Shown one piece after another: positions 27,201 through 35,691 of a stretch of 64,000 nt of DNA. How positions within the stretch are numbered: the first letter of the stretch is position 1; each line of letters starts with the position of its first letter. The stretch lies in IMG/VR virus record IMGVR_UViG_3300020578_000006, positions 62,001-126,000 of that record; one strand, 5' to 3'. The translations under genes and the position numbers were made by a program. Below the pieces are notes generated by a model. It made no database searches and was not told the origin of the DNA. It saw only the letters and a program-made list of their open reading frames with translations.

Positions 27201-27350
27201 GTGGACGATATCGTAATAGATACTAATACAAAAGAAAGTTACTTTGTAGTTAAGACCTCTAAAGATCTGTTTAGCAATAAAGCTTATAAGTTCTTCTGGT
27301 CCTTCACTGCCATTCGAAAGGATATTCCACCCCTAGTAGTAGAGGTGTAA
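24291..27350 (+). CDS. Long fiber protein with two 14-aa repeat stalks and C-terminal chaperone-like domain
   Basis: WDSTYTSVSETSAD arrays; C-terminal KSFYIKHP...YGSLESPYHG shared with 21568..24249. Confidence 0.7.
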   Translation: MADRNVLISPGEGYIFFDRSNTGSSTKYAGVSADLSVQIQYNDLGGLEFSTPATNNSTVSISGGNIVANRNITGFTIFENHLNTNSDDWASVYSSVQTNSSDWNGGGSLYTVVTENSANWNSVYTSVSETSADWDSTYTSVSETSADWDSTYTSVSETSADWDSTYTSVSETSADWDSTYTSVSETSADWDSTYTSVSETSADWDSTYTSVSETSADWDSTYTSVSETSADWDSTYTSVSETSADWDITYTSVSETSADWDSTYTSVSETSADWDSTYTSVSETSADWDSTYTSVSETSADWDSTYTSVSLNSADWDSTYTSVSETSADWDSTYTSVSLNSADWDSTYTSVSETSADWDSTYSSVSLVSADWDSSIYDIYGTTHQITVVTAGTNNRDNSVTLSFPTSVFFPGSVSIAGNLTISGSAAQIDVDHLVVKDNIIYFAEDNPANVLDIGWVGAFTEIGDDAGYQHTGLIRRAGQGRPGTWTLFSGLTTEPASAANINWDDYYFTIDTLRANLSGTVLVPGGGSSFDWDSVYANVQANSAGWSGGGSLYTVVTENSANWNSVYTSVSETSADWDSTYTSVSETSADWDSTYTSVSQTSADWDSTYTSVSETSADWDSTYTSVSETSADWDSTYTSVSETSADWDSTYTSVSETSADWDSTYTSVSETSADWDSTYTSVSETSADWDSTYTSVSETSADWDSTYTSVSLNSADWDSTYTSVSETSADWDSTYTSVSLNSADWDSTYTSVSETSADWDSTYTSVSLNSADWDSTYTSVSETSADWDSTYTSVSQTSADWDSVYTSMSLNSSYWLDISEASTEFLKVSGGTIIEVGGEGGSLVITNDLTVDPTNHVLFVDKSLQRVGILNSTPDRALHVNGDIEGSIGYFTHIAAGTKSFYIKHPIDSNKHLQYGSLESPYHGIRLTGEAEITGSTAKIVLPSYVYALVHDSNLNVQLTNFKHKKQLWVDDIVIDTNTKESYFVVKTSKDLFSNKAYKFFWSFTAIRKDIPPLVVEV
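24648..25406 (+). repeat. Coding tandem repeat, 42-bp unit, 18 periods (block 1)
   Basis: Trp codons at 24648 and 25404 are 756 nt = 18 x 42 apart. Confidence 0.95.
25980..26738 (+). repeat. Coding tandem repeat, 42-bp unit, 18 periods (block 2)
   Basis: Trp codons at 25980 and 26736 are 756 nt = 18 x 42 apart. Confidence 0.95.
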
Positions 27351-27979
27351 TGAGTGCGGGCTTTAATCCAAGGCTTATTACTAGTGGGTTAGAATTTTGT
27401 ATAGACCCTACAAACCCAAAGTCATATATTTCTGGAAATATAGTAAAAGATTTATCTAGAAATAAAAAAAATTGTGAGTTAATAGGCGATTATCATCTAG
27501 ATACAGTAGACGGTGTTAGATGTGTTATAACAAAGTCTAATCAAAGCAGAGGTTCGGGCATAATACAACCAAACAGTATAAAACTACATACCATCTCAAT
27601 ATGGTGCAAAGCCTTGGATGGTCAAAACGGTATTAATCCAACATTTATTGATACTAGACCTTCTGTGGTTAACGGTTTTATATTTTCTGGTAATTTCGGC
27701 AGAGGGTGGGATAATACTTCTTCTTATTATAACGGTATTTTTGTAGGAGATACTAGAATTCTATCTTCAACTATATTGTTTGGAGTCAACGAATGGAAGA
27801 ATATTACGCTAATAAGAAAAAACCCTTGTGTTTGTACTACTTTAAGATTTTATTTTGATTCAAACAATAAAAATAGTAGATCTTTTGCTTCTTCTTTAAT
27901 TACCTGCTACAATCGCCCTCTTTCAGAAGATGAAGTGATTGATAATTTCTTAGCTTTTAAGGGAAGGTTTAATTTATAA
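27350..27979 (+). CDS. LamG/concanavalin A-like virion protein
   Basis: LITSGLEFCIDPTNPKSY...KDLSRN N-terminus and YNRPLSEDEVIDNF C-terminus, typical of T4-like phage LamG proteins. Confidence 0.65.
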   Translation: MSAGFNPRLITSGLEFCIDPTNPKSYISGNIVKDLSRNKKNCELIGDYHLDTVDGVRCVITKSNQSRGSGIIQPNSIKLHTISIWCKALDGQNGINPTFIDTRPSVVNGFIFSGNFGRGWDNTSSYYNGIFVGDTRILSSTILFGVNEWKNITLIRKNPCVCTTLRFYFDSNNKNSRSFASSLITCYNRPLSEDEVIDNFLAFKGRFNL

Positions 27980-27980
27980 T

Positions 27981-30900
27981 ATGGCAAACCCTACATTTAA
28001 CACATTAATAGCGCCTAATTCTGGTTTAATTTCTTTTAGTAATGATCCAACTGGTAGTTCTAATTTGCCTTCGCTTTCTAGTTCTGCACGTATTGTTTAT
28101 ACAGCAGGCGGTGGACTAACAATTACCAGTAAAGTCTCTTCAATGGAGAAATTTGCCGTTGAAGGTAGACTGGGTACTCTTTTTACTGTAACAGATGCTG
28201 TTTCCGGTGCTTTATTTCAACTTAGAGATGTTACTGGTTTTCCTATAGTAGAGTTTTTAGATAATGGTGACCTTGTAACCATAGGCAGTATAACCGCGGT
28301 TGAGGGTAATAGCCAGGAATGGAGCAGCGCATATACTACCGTAAAAGCAAATAGTGCTTCTTGGGAGGAATCTGCAGAGATAATACCCACTGTAACAAAT
28401 TATCTTTCCACTAACAATGTATTAATGTTATCTGCTACCATAATGGATTCATTAAGCGCAAGAGACTTGTTTTACATTAATCGCACTTTAATAAGAACCA
28501 ATAATCAAACTAACGTCTTCATTGGCAATAGTACTACAGGAAATGATAATGCCGAAGGCAATCATAATTTTGCATTTGGGTTAAGTGCAGGCAATGCATT
28601 GACCATCGGCGGTAGCAACAATTTCTTGGGGTACCAAGCTGGCCGTTGCAACTGCACAGGCAATGACAACAATTTCTTTGGGAGAGAAGCTGGCCGTTGC
28701 AACACCGCAGGCAATTTCAACAATTTCTTTGGGAGAGAAGCTGGCCTTTGCAACACCACAGGCAGTTACAACAATTTCTTGGGATTCCAAGCTGGCCGTT
28801 GCAACACCACAGGCACTCGCAACAATTTCTTGGGATACCAAGCTGGCCTTTGCAACACCACAGGCAATCGCAACAATTTCTTGGGATTTAATGCTGGCCG
28901 TAGCAACACCACAGGCACTTTCAACAATTTCATTGGATATGGAGCTGGTTTTTGCAACATCACAGGCCGTTACAACAATTTCTTGGGATACCAAGCTGGC
29001 CGTTGCAACACCACAGGCCGTTTCAACAATTTCTTTGGTAGACTTGCAGGATTCACTAACACCATTGGCTCCAACAATACCATCATTGGCAATAATGCTA
29101 ATGTGGCCACAAACAGCTTAAGTGGTGTTATAGTTTTGGGTACTGGGGCTATTGCCACTCAAACCAATCAAATCATACTTTCCAGTGCTGATATTTCCAT
29201 AAGAACCTTAAGAGGTACTGCTGCGGGACCCAACGTCTTCATTGGCAATAATACCACCGGAAATGATAATGCCACAGGCAATCATAATTTTGCATTTGGA
29301 TTGAGTGCAGGCAATGCATTAACGTCGGGGACCAGTAATGTATTTATTGGCAGTTGTGCAGGTAGAGTTAACACCACAGGCAATTTTAACAATTTCTTGG
29401 GAAATAATGCTGGCCGTTGCAACTGCACAGGCAGTTTCAACAATTTCTTGGGACCAAATGCTGGCTTTTGCAACACCACAGGCAGTGGCAACAATTTCTT
29501 GGGATTCCAGGCTGGCTATTGCAACTGCACAGGCAGTAGCAACAATTTCTTGGGATACAGAGCTGGATTTTTCAACACCACAGGCAGTTACAACAATTTC
29601 TTTGGACCAAATGCTGGCTTTTGCAACACCACAGGCAGTTGCAACAATTTCTTGGGAAATACTGCTGGCCGTAGCAACTGCACAGGCAGTAGCAACAATT
29701 TCTTGGGATATGGAGCTGGATTTTTCAACACCACAGGCAGTTACAACAATTTCTTTGGACCAAATGCTGGCCGTTGCAACTGCACAGGCAGTTTCAACAA
29801 TTTCTTGGGACCAAATGCTGGCTTTTGCAACACCACAGGCAGTGGCAACAATTTCTTGGGATTCCAGGCTGGCTATTGCAACTGCACAGGCAATGACAAC
29901 AATTTCTTAGGATTTAATGCTGGCCGTAACAACACCACAGGCAGTTACAACAATTTCTTGGGACGTAATGCTGGTCGTCGCAACACCACTGGGTGCGCTA
30001 ACCAAGTTTTAGGGAGCTTTGGACTTTATAACAACACCACTGGTTGTGGCAACATTGCTTTAGGACCGGTTGCTGGTTTCAATAATGAAACTGGTTGCTT
30101 CAATTTATTCTTAGGAGGAGCTACTGGTTTCTGTCATTTAAGTGGTAATAATAATATTTTTGTTGGTAATGCTGCAGGATTTAATGATAAAGTAGGTTTC
30201 AATAACACTATAATTGGGTTAAGTGCTGGCGTGGCCAGCGTGTCTGGTACAAACAACATTATAGTTGGCTCATTTGCCAATGTTAGCACTGGTACACTGT
30301 CTGGTGTTATAGTTTTGGGTACTGGTGCTGTTGCCACTCAATCTAATCAAATCATACTTTCCAGTGCTGATATTTCCATAAGAACTTTGAGAGGTACCAA
30401 TGCCGGTCCCAACGTCTTCATTGGCAATAGTACTACAGGAAATGATAATGCCACAGGCAATCATAATTTTGCATTTGGATTGAGTGCAGGCAATGCATTG
30501 ACCACCGGCGGTTATAACAATTTCTTAGGAAATAATGCTGGTCGTAACAACACCTCAGGCAGTTTCAACAATTTCATTGGGAGAGAAGCTGGCCGTTGCA
30601 ACTGCACAGGCAGTAACAACAATTTCTTGGGATTAAATGCTGGCCGTTGCAACACCACAGGCAGTCGCAACAATTTCTTGGGATACAATGCTGGCCGTTG
30701 CAACACCACAGGCTGTAGCAACAATTTCTTAGGATTTAATGCTGGCCGTAACAACACCATAGGCAGTTGCAACAATTTCTTGGGACAAGAGGCTGGCTAT
30801 GGCAACTGCACAGGCAGTAACAACAATTTCTTGGGATTAAATGCTGGCCTTTGCAACTGCACAGGCAATAGCAACAATTTCATTGGACCAAATGCTGGCC

Positions 30901-32177
30901 GTTTCAACTGCACAGGCAGTTTCAACAATTTCTTTGGATATAGTGCTGGCCGTTGCAACACCACAGGCGGTAACAACAATTTCTTGGGATATGGAGCTGG
31001 CCGTTTCAACTGCACAGGCGGTAACAACAATTTCTTTGGATTAGCTGCTGGTTATAACATAGGCAGGTATGGTGCAGCCAGCCGCAATGTATTCATAGGC
31101 CAAGAAGCTGGCAGAGGTGAATATGATTCTAGCTATACACCAACTAATGTTTTTGTTAACAATAACGTGGCCATTGGTTACCGGGCTGGATTCAAATTAA
31201 AAGCCCATACCTACAATACCAATTATCACTATGCCACCCAACACAACATATTCATTGGTGAAAAAGCCGGTTACAATAGCACCACCGATAATTCATATGG
31301 CGCCGCTATACACAATATATTTTTAGGAAAATTTTCTGGGTTTTACAACACCACAGGCAATAACAACAATTTCTTTGGGAGAGAAGCTGGCTTTTGCAAC
31401 ACCATAGGCAATCACAACAATTTCTTGGGATACCAAGCTGGCCGTTTTAACTGCACAGGCAGTCGCAACAATTTCTTTGGATTAAATGCTGGTCTTAGCA
31501 ACACCACAGGCAGTTACAACAATTTCTTGGGACAAGAGGCTGGCTTTAGCAACTGCACAGGCAATCACAACAATTTCTTGGGATTCCAGGCTGGCTTTAG
31601 CAACTGCACAGGTTGTAACAACAATTTCTTGGGTAGACTTGCAGGATGCACTAACACCATTGGCTCCAACAATACCATCATTGGCAATAATGCTAATGTG
31701 GCCACAAACAGCTTAAGTGGGGTAGTAGTATTCGGTACTGGTGCTGTTGCCACTCAATCTAATCAATTAGTAATCGGTTCTTTGTCTACCCCGTTAACCG
31801 GTAACAGTATATTATATGGTAACTTAACTGTAACAGATTACTTAAGTGCATCTAGGTATGCCGATAGTACTAATTGGTCTGGTAATAGAGAGCTAAAAAC
31901 AGTTAACTTTGATGCTGAACCATACCATCATTACCTTGTAGACACCACTTCTAGTGCAGTTATAGCAACATTACCTCTAAATCCGCAGATAGGCACAGTT
32001 ATACACTTCTCAGATAGGCTTTTAACGTTAAATTCTGGGTGGAACACCAATAATCTAATATTAAATAGAAATAGCATGATGATTCAAGGTTTGGCCGAAG
32101 ATTTAGTATGTGATAGGGCTGGAGTTACCTTCGCTCTCACGTATGTAGGCCATCCAATAGAGTGGAGAGTTGACTAA
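27981..32177 (+). CDS. Tail fiber/adhesin with Cys-rich 17-aa beta-roll repeats
   Basis: GxxNNFLGxxAGxCNTT repeats in three segments; C-terminal YLVDTT...TLPLNP...NNLILNRN module. Confidence 0.7.
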   Translation: MANPTFNTLIAPNSGLISFSNDPTGSSNLPSLSSSARIVYTAGGGLTITSKVSSMEKFAVEGRLGTLFTVTDAVSGALFQLRDVTGFPIVEFLDNGDLVTIGSITAVEGNSQEWSSAYTTVKANSASWEESAEIIPTVTNYLSTNNVLMLSATIMDSLSARDLFYINRTLIRTNNQTNVFIGNSTTGNDNAEGNHNFAFGLSAGNALTIGGSNNFLGYQAGRCNCTGNDNNFFGREAGRCNTAGNFNNFFGREAGLCNTTGSYNNFLGFQAGRCNTTGTRNNFLGYQAGLCNTTGNRNNFLGFNAGRSNTTGTFNNFIGYGAGFCNITGRYNNFLGYQAGRCNTTGRFNNFFGRLAGFTNTIGSNNTIIGNNANVATNSLSGVIVLGTGAIATQTNQIILSSADISIRTLRGTAAGPNVFIGNNTTGNDNATGNHNFAFGLSAGNALTSGTSNVFIGSCAGRVNTTGNFNNFLGNNAGRCNCTGSFNNFLGPNAGFCNTTGSGNNFLGFQAGYCNCTGSSNNFLGYRAGFFNTTGSYNNFFGPNAGFCNTTGSCNNFLGNTAGRSNCTGSSNNFLGYGAGFFNTTGSYNNFFGPNAGRCNCTGSFNNFLGPNAGFCNTTGSGNNFLGFQAGYCNCTGNDNNFLGFNAGRNNTTGSYNNFLGRNAGRRNTTGCANQVLGSFGLYNNTTGCGNIALGPVAGFNNETGCFNLFLGGATGFCHLSGNNNIFVGNAAGFNDKVGFNNTIIGLSAGVASVSGTNNIIVGSFANVSTGTLSGVIVLGTGAVATQSNQIILSSADISIRTLRGTNAGPNVFIGNSTTGNDNATGNHNFAFGLSAGNALTTGGYNNFLGNNAGRNNTSGSFNNFIGREAGRCNCTGSNNNFLGLNAGRCNTTGSRNNFLGYNAGRCNTTGCSNNFLGFNAGRNNTIGSCNNFLGQEAGYGNCTGSNNNFLGLNAGLCNCTGNSNNFIGPNAGRFNCTGSFNNFFGYSAGRCNTTGGNNNFLGYGAGRFNCTGGNNNFFGLAAGYNIGRYGAASRNVFIGQEAGRGEYDSSYTPTNVFVNNNVAIGYRAGFKLKAHTYNTNYHYATQHNIFIGEKAGYNSTTDNSYGAAIHNIFLGKFSGFYNTTGNNNNFFGREAGFCNTIGNHNNFLGYQAGRFNCTGSRNNFFGLNAGLSNTTGSYNNFLGQEAGFSNCTGNHNNFLGFQAGFSNCTGCNNNFLGRLAGCTNTIGSNNTIIGNNANVATNSLSGVVVFGTGAVATQSNQLVIGSLSTPLTGNSILYGNLTVTDYLSASRYADSTNWSGNRELKTVNFDAEPYHHYLVDTTSSAVIATLPLNPQIGTVIHFSDRLLTLNSGWNTNNLILNRNSMMIQGLAEDLVCDRAGVTFALTYVGHPIEWRVD
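28560..31670 (+). repeat. Coding 51-bp repeat arrays with higher-order segmental duplication
   Basis: 17-aa unit; exact 130-bp duplication 29406-29535 / 29763-29892; linker module repeated near 29060-29330 and 30300-30500. Confidence 0.9.
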
Positions 32178-33286
32178 TGAGTAATTTCTCTACATTGTTC
32201 TTTCCTGTATCAGTTACATTGACCAATTTTGAGTTTGATCAAAACTGGAATGATACATACAATTTAGTAAGATCGAGTAGCAGTAGTTGGAATAATGCAT
32301 ATACAAGTGTTAGTGCATTTAGTGGTACATCAATTACGGAAGGTATTACTGCTACCAATTTTACACAAACTACTAACTTTATACAGGTCTCTTCTAGAAA
32401 CCTTAATACCCCTGGTACCTATAATATTCCATTACCATCTAATTTTAGATTTTTAAAGATTCAAGCATTCGGCGGAGGCGGAGGCGGCGGGTCAGGTAGA
32501 AGATCATTAGGTAGTACTGCATCTATTGGAGGAGGTGGAGGAGGCGGAGGAGGTTATATTGATATCACTTACCCTATATCTATTCTTGGTAGTCTTAACG
32601 CAACAGTTGTAGTAGGGACTGGCGGTTCTGGTGCAACCGGAGTCTCTTCTAGTGCAAATGGTAGTGATGGTTCATCCGGAGGTTCCTCTTCTGTAACAGT
32701 TAATGCTGTTACCATTGCATTTGCTGCAGGTGGTAATGCAGGTAGAGGCGGAGGTACAAGTTCAGATTCACAAGCTGGAGGTGCCGGTGGTGGCAATACT
32801 ACAAATACTGCTGGTTTTCCTGGTACTGTAGGAGCTAGCTCAAATGGTATTGCAGGTTCTACTGGTTCATCCGGTGCCGATGATGCTTTTAATTCTGCTA
32901 TTGGAGCTGCAGGAGGGGCAGGAGGAGGTGGAGTCACTACAGGTCCTGGGTTTGCAACTAGAAGTTCAGGCGGAGCAGGTGGTATAGGAGGTTTTGCTAT
33001 AGCCGGAACTCATGTTTCTCGTGCCACAGGCGGTACAGGGTCAGGGGGAAATGCTAATAATGCTTCTGCAGTCTCGCAACCTTCCATGATGTTGTTAGGA
33101 GGTGGAGGTGGTGGTGGAGGAAGTGCATCTAATACTGCTATTAACGGGGGTAATGGGGGTACAGGTGCACAGCCTGGTGGAGGAGGTGGCGGTGGGGGAG
33201 CCTGTGGTACAGCATCAACTACTTTTTCAAGTGGTAACGGTGGTAACGGTGGTGATGGTTATGTTCGTTTATATTTCTTAAATTAA
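32177..33286 (+). CDS. Glycine-rich domain virion protein
   Basis: KIQAFGGGGGGGSG...GGGGGY, VVVGTGG, terminal GGDGYVRLYF. Confidence 0.7.
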   Translation: MSNFSTLFFPVSVTLTNFEFDQNWNDTYNLVRSSSSSWNNAYTSVSAFSGTSITEGITATNFTQTTNFIQVSSRNLNTPGTYNIPLPSNFRFLKIQAFGGGGGGGSGRRSLGSTASIGGGGGGGGGYIDITYPISILGSLNATVVVGTGGSGATGVSSSANGSDGSSGGSSSVTVNAVTIAFAAGGNAGRGGGTSSDSQAGGAGGGNTTNTAGFPGTVGASSNGIAGSTGSSGADDAFNSAIGAAGGAGGGGVTTGPGFATRSSGGAGGIGGFAIAGTHVSRATGGTGSGGNANNASAVSQPSMMLLGGGGGGGGSASNTAINGGNGGTGAQPGGGGGGGGACGTASTTFSSGNGGNGGDGYVRLYFLN

Positions 33287-33289
33287 TAT

Positions 33290-33324
33290 AAAAAATACAA
33301 GCCCTGAGGCTTGCGCCTCAGAGC
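33290..33324 (-). terminator. Rho-independent terminator
   Basis: Minus strand GCTCTGAGGC-GCAA-GCCTCAGGGC followed by TTGTATTTTTT. Confidence 0.8.
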
Positions 33325-33521
33325 CTGCATGACTTTAAAGCTTTCGCTTAAAAATCTGCTACACTGGGGAGAATTTAACACCCGAGAGCAAGCATGACCC
33401 CGGGTCTGACCCGAAGGCACTAGACAATATCAACTATTTACTCTAGTACTAATAGTGATATTTCTACATACTTCTCTATGTAGCCACCTAGAAATAGGCC
33501 TATAGGCTTCTCCCTAGATGC
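33290..33521 (-). ncRNA. Putative structured late non-coding RNA (~230 nt), family not recognised
   Basis: ORF-free; closing helix 33363-33373/33508-33517; internal hairpins; cUUCGg, GAAA and GCAA tetraloops only on minus strand; TATAAATA upstream, terminator downstream. Confidence 0.6.
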
Positions 33522-33526
33522 AATTA

Positions 33527-33534
33527 TATTTATA
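33527..33534 (-). promoter_or_regulatory. T4-type late promoter driving the putative ncRNA
   Basis: Perfect TATAAATA on minus strand, 5 nt before the first base of the predicted closing helix (33521). Confidence 0.65.
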
Positions 33535-33594
33535 TGAATATATTAAATATAAAGAGGTAAGGATGTACGGGCAATAGATGATACCGGTGAATTA

Positions 33595-34500
33595 TTATAT
33601 ATTTAATATATTTAATTGTTCAAACTGAGTAATTATTTCAGAATTATTAAATAGATTTACCATCTTATAGTCTGCCGGACACTGATGACCTTGGGTAAGC
33701 AAAGGGTAAGGATCCAGATAACTTTCAATGTTATCTGAACAGGGTACATTTGCTTTGAGGTTGGAATGCAATTCATAACCATATACAACTGAACTATTAC
33801 CAATCCAGAATACCAGGCTTTTCTTACCATAAGCTGCCATAGCATGTTGGACAAAGGAATCAATGCCAACAGCTCCTTTGCACTGAGACAACAACAACAA
33901 TATCTCTCTTAAAGACAAATCAACTTGTTGTACATTTTCCAAGGCAATTTGACCAGGGTTCTTAATCTGTACAAAATTAAATTTTTCAGAATATTTGTTC
34001 ACCAGTTCTTGAGCATACATAGGGGGCAAATCTCTAAACCAATTAAAATTAATATGGTTCTTCTTGTCTCCTATTCCACCATTAATTTGAATGGCAATTA
34101 CCGGTTTGTTATTATTTACAGTATTAAAAATAACTTGACTGTTTTGCTTTTCAATATTATTAAAATAAAGTTCAGGACTATTCTTATCAAATTCTAAATC
34201 CAAACTGTTGCACCATGCTTGAGCCAGACTACATTTTCTGTTAATAACATCATTACTGTTGTATGGTTCATGTTTGAATACTAAACTATCTTTGTCATGA
34301 ATAAAATCTTCATAAAAATATGGACACATCCCGGTTTTATACACCCGGTAAATATGGGGATTATGAAGAAAAACTTCTGGGTAAGGAGATACTACAATTA
34401 ATTTTCTATCTGGAAATGTTTTCTTGATATTGCGGACCACATTTGTGGCCACAATATTCTTACCTATTCCGCCTTCAATATGAAATATACTATACATCAT
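33595..34500 (-). CDS. Glycosyltransferase, GT9 (heptosyltransferase)-like
   Basis: Start reassigned to MMYS at 34500; FHIEGGIGKNIVAT, GIDSFVQHAMAAYGKKSLVFW. Confidence 0.7.
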   Translation of the reverse strand: MMYSIFHIEGGIGKNIVATNVVRNIKKTFPDRKLIVVSPYPEVFLHNPHIYRVYKTGMCPYFYEDFIHDKDSLVFKHEPYNSNDVINRKCSLAQAWCNSLDLEFDKNSPELYFNNIEKQNSQVIFNTVNNNKPVIAIQINGGIGDKKNHINFNWFRDLPPMYAQELVNKYSEKFNFVQIKNPGQIALENVQQVDLSLREILLLLSQCKGAVGIDSFVQHAMAAYGKKSLVFWIGNSSVVYGYELHSNLKANVPCSDNIESYLDPYPLLTQGHQCPADYKMVNLFNNSEIITQFEQLNILNI

Positions 34501-34738
34501 CTTTTTCTGGTGCAGGGAGGGAGTTAATCCTGTCTTTGGCACTAGAAACTGCAGTATTAAGAGTGGTTGTTTGCTCTTCAGTCAACACACTGGTATACTC
34601 TTCTTTCTCTAAGCACTGTTTAATATGATCTACGTTTGCTTGAAGAACCCTTCTACCAAGATTATCCTCTTTTTGCAAAGCTTGATTTATAGCATAAACA
34701 CTGTCAAATAATACTTCTACTTTAGTTCTTTTACTCAT
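34490..34738 (-). CDS. Small helical hypothetical protein
   Basis: ORF between sulfotransferase and GT9 genes, overlapping the GT9 start. Confidence 0.65.
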   Translation of the reverse strand: MSKRTKVEVLFDSVYAINQALQKEDNLGRRVLQANVDHIKQCLEKEEYTSVLTEEQTTTLNTAVSSAKDRINSLPAPEKDDV

Positions 34739-34759
34739 AATAATATATACTATCTTTAA

Positions 34760-35542
34760 TCAAAAATTAAAGTGGAAATTTGCAAACTGATCGTGTAAGT
34801 GACCTAATATTTCTTTACTATCATCTTTTACAGGCTTTATTTCTGGACGGATAGTATGAAGATCAGTAAACCCGTGTTCGGCATCATTTTCTTTTGTGTA
34901 TTGTTGTATATTGTTAAAATTATGTTCATAATAATTTTTATCTAAAAATTTGTATATTCCTTGTATGATACGTTTGGGAGTTTGAGTCAATTCATCAAAA
35001 TCTACAAAATAAAATTTATCCCGGTGCCCTCTCATGACCGCATCTCGGATGGTATTAAATGTACCGCCCACCAATCCCTCTTGACTGGTCCAGGTGTTAA
35101 TACGACCTTCTAACGTGCCTAAATTTGGCCCCGTTTCCATAGGACTGTTGATGAGTTTAATTTCTTTACGGTATAGTTTTTCCAAAGAAGAAAGAATACA
35201 GGTAATTTTGCGGGTGGTGGTTAAAATTTTAATAGGATAACCAAAGGCATTCTCTATTAATTCAATCAAAGTACTCCACCCTCTGCTTTTATTAAATACT
35301 ATAGGCCTGTCTGTATCAGAATGGTAACTCTGAAATAGATCTTTAATAATCTGTAACTGCTTTTCGGAAGTTTCCGATGCTTTAATAACCGGGTTTTGTT
35401 TCCAGAATTGATGAACACCCCGTACTAATTCACTTAACCCACTAGTGGGGGTAACATGAAAATCAGGGTTTTGTGCTAAAATATTGCAAAGCAACGTACT
35501 TCCTGAACGAGGCATGCCATTGATAAAATATATTTCTTTCAC
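34760..35542 (-). CDS. PAPS-dependent sulfotransferase family protein
   Basis: 5'-PSB loop FINGMPRSGSTLL, FNKSR, TTR...CILSS (3'-PB-like). Confidence 0.8.
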   Translation of the reverse strand: MKEIYFINGMPRSGSTLLCNILAQNPDFHVTPTSGLSELVRGVHQFWKQNPVIKASETSEKQLQIIKDLFQSYHSDTDRPIVFNKSRGWSTLIELIENAFGYPIKILTTTRKITCILSSLEKLYRKEIKLINSPMETGPNLGTLEGRINTWTSQEGLVGGTFNTIRDAVMRGHRDKFYFVDFDELTQTPKRIIQGIYKFLDKNYYEHNFNNIQQYTKENDAEHGFTDLHTIRPEIKPVKDDSKEILGHLHDQFANFHFNF

Positions 35543-35552
35543 TATGATATAT

Positions 35553-35580
35553 ATACTAATTTGTAAAAACGCATAATCAA
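35553..35580 (-). promoter_or_regulatory. Sigma70-like promoter of the sulfotransferase-GT9 operon
   Basis: TTGATT-N16-TAGTAT, 10 nt before GTG 35542. Confidence 0.6.
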
Positions 35581-35611
35581 CATTTATTTTTATGTTTAAT
35601 ATAATTATTGG

Positions 35612-35645
35612 AAATAAAAAAAAGAGGCCCTTTCGGGCCTCTTTT
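35612..35645 (-). terminator. Rho-independent terminator after gp23
   Basis: Minus strand AAAAGAGGCCC-GAAA-GGGCCTCTTTTTTTT. Confidence 0.9.
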
Positions 35646-35691
35646 AAACCAGGACATACTGGAAATTTTTTTTCGTCTACCGAGATTCGGA

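Noticed and set aside
28560-31670. Diversity-generating retroelement target
   Set aside because: No reverse transcriptase in the window and repeat copies do not differ specifically at adenines
24673-31753. Many alternative-frame and antisense ORFs within the repeat fibers
   Set aside because: Artefacts of repeat periodicity lacking stops in other frames; no promoters or start context
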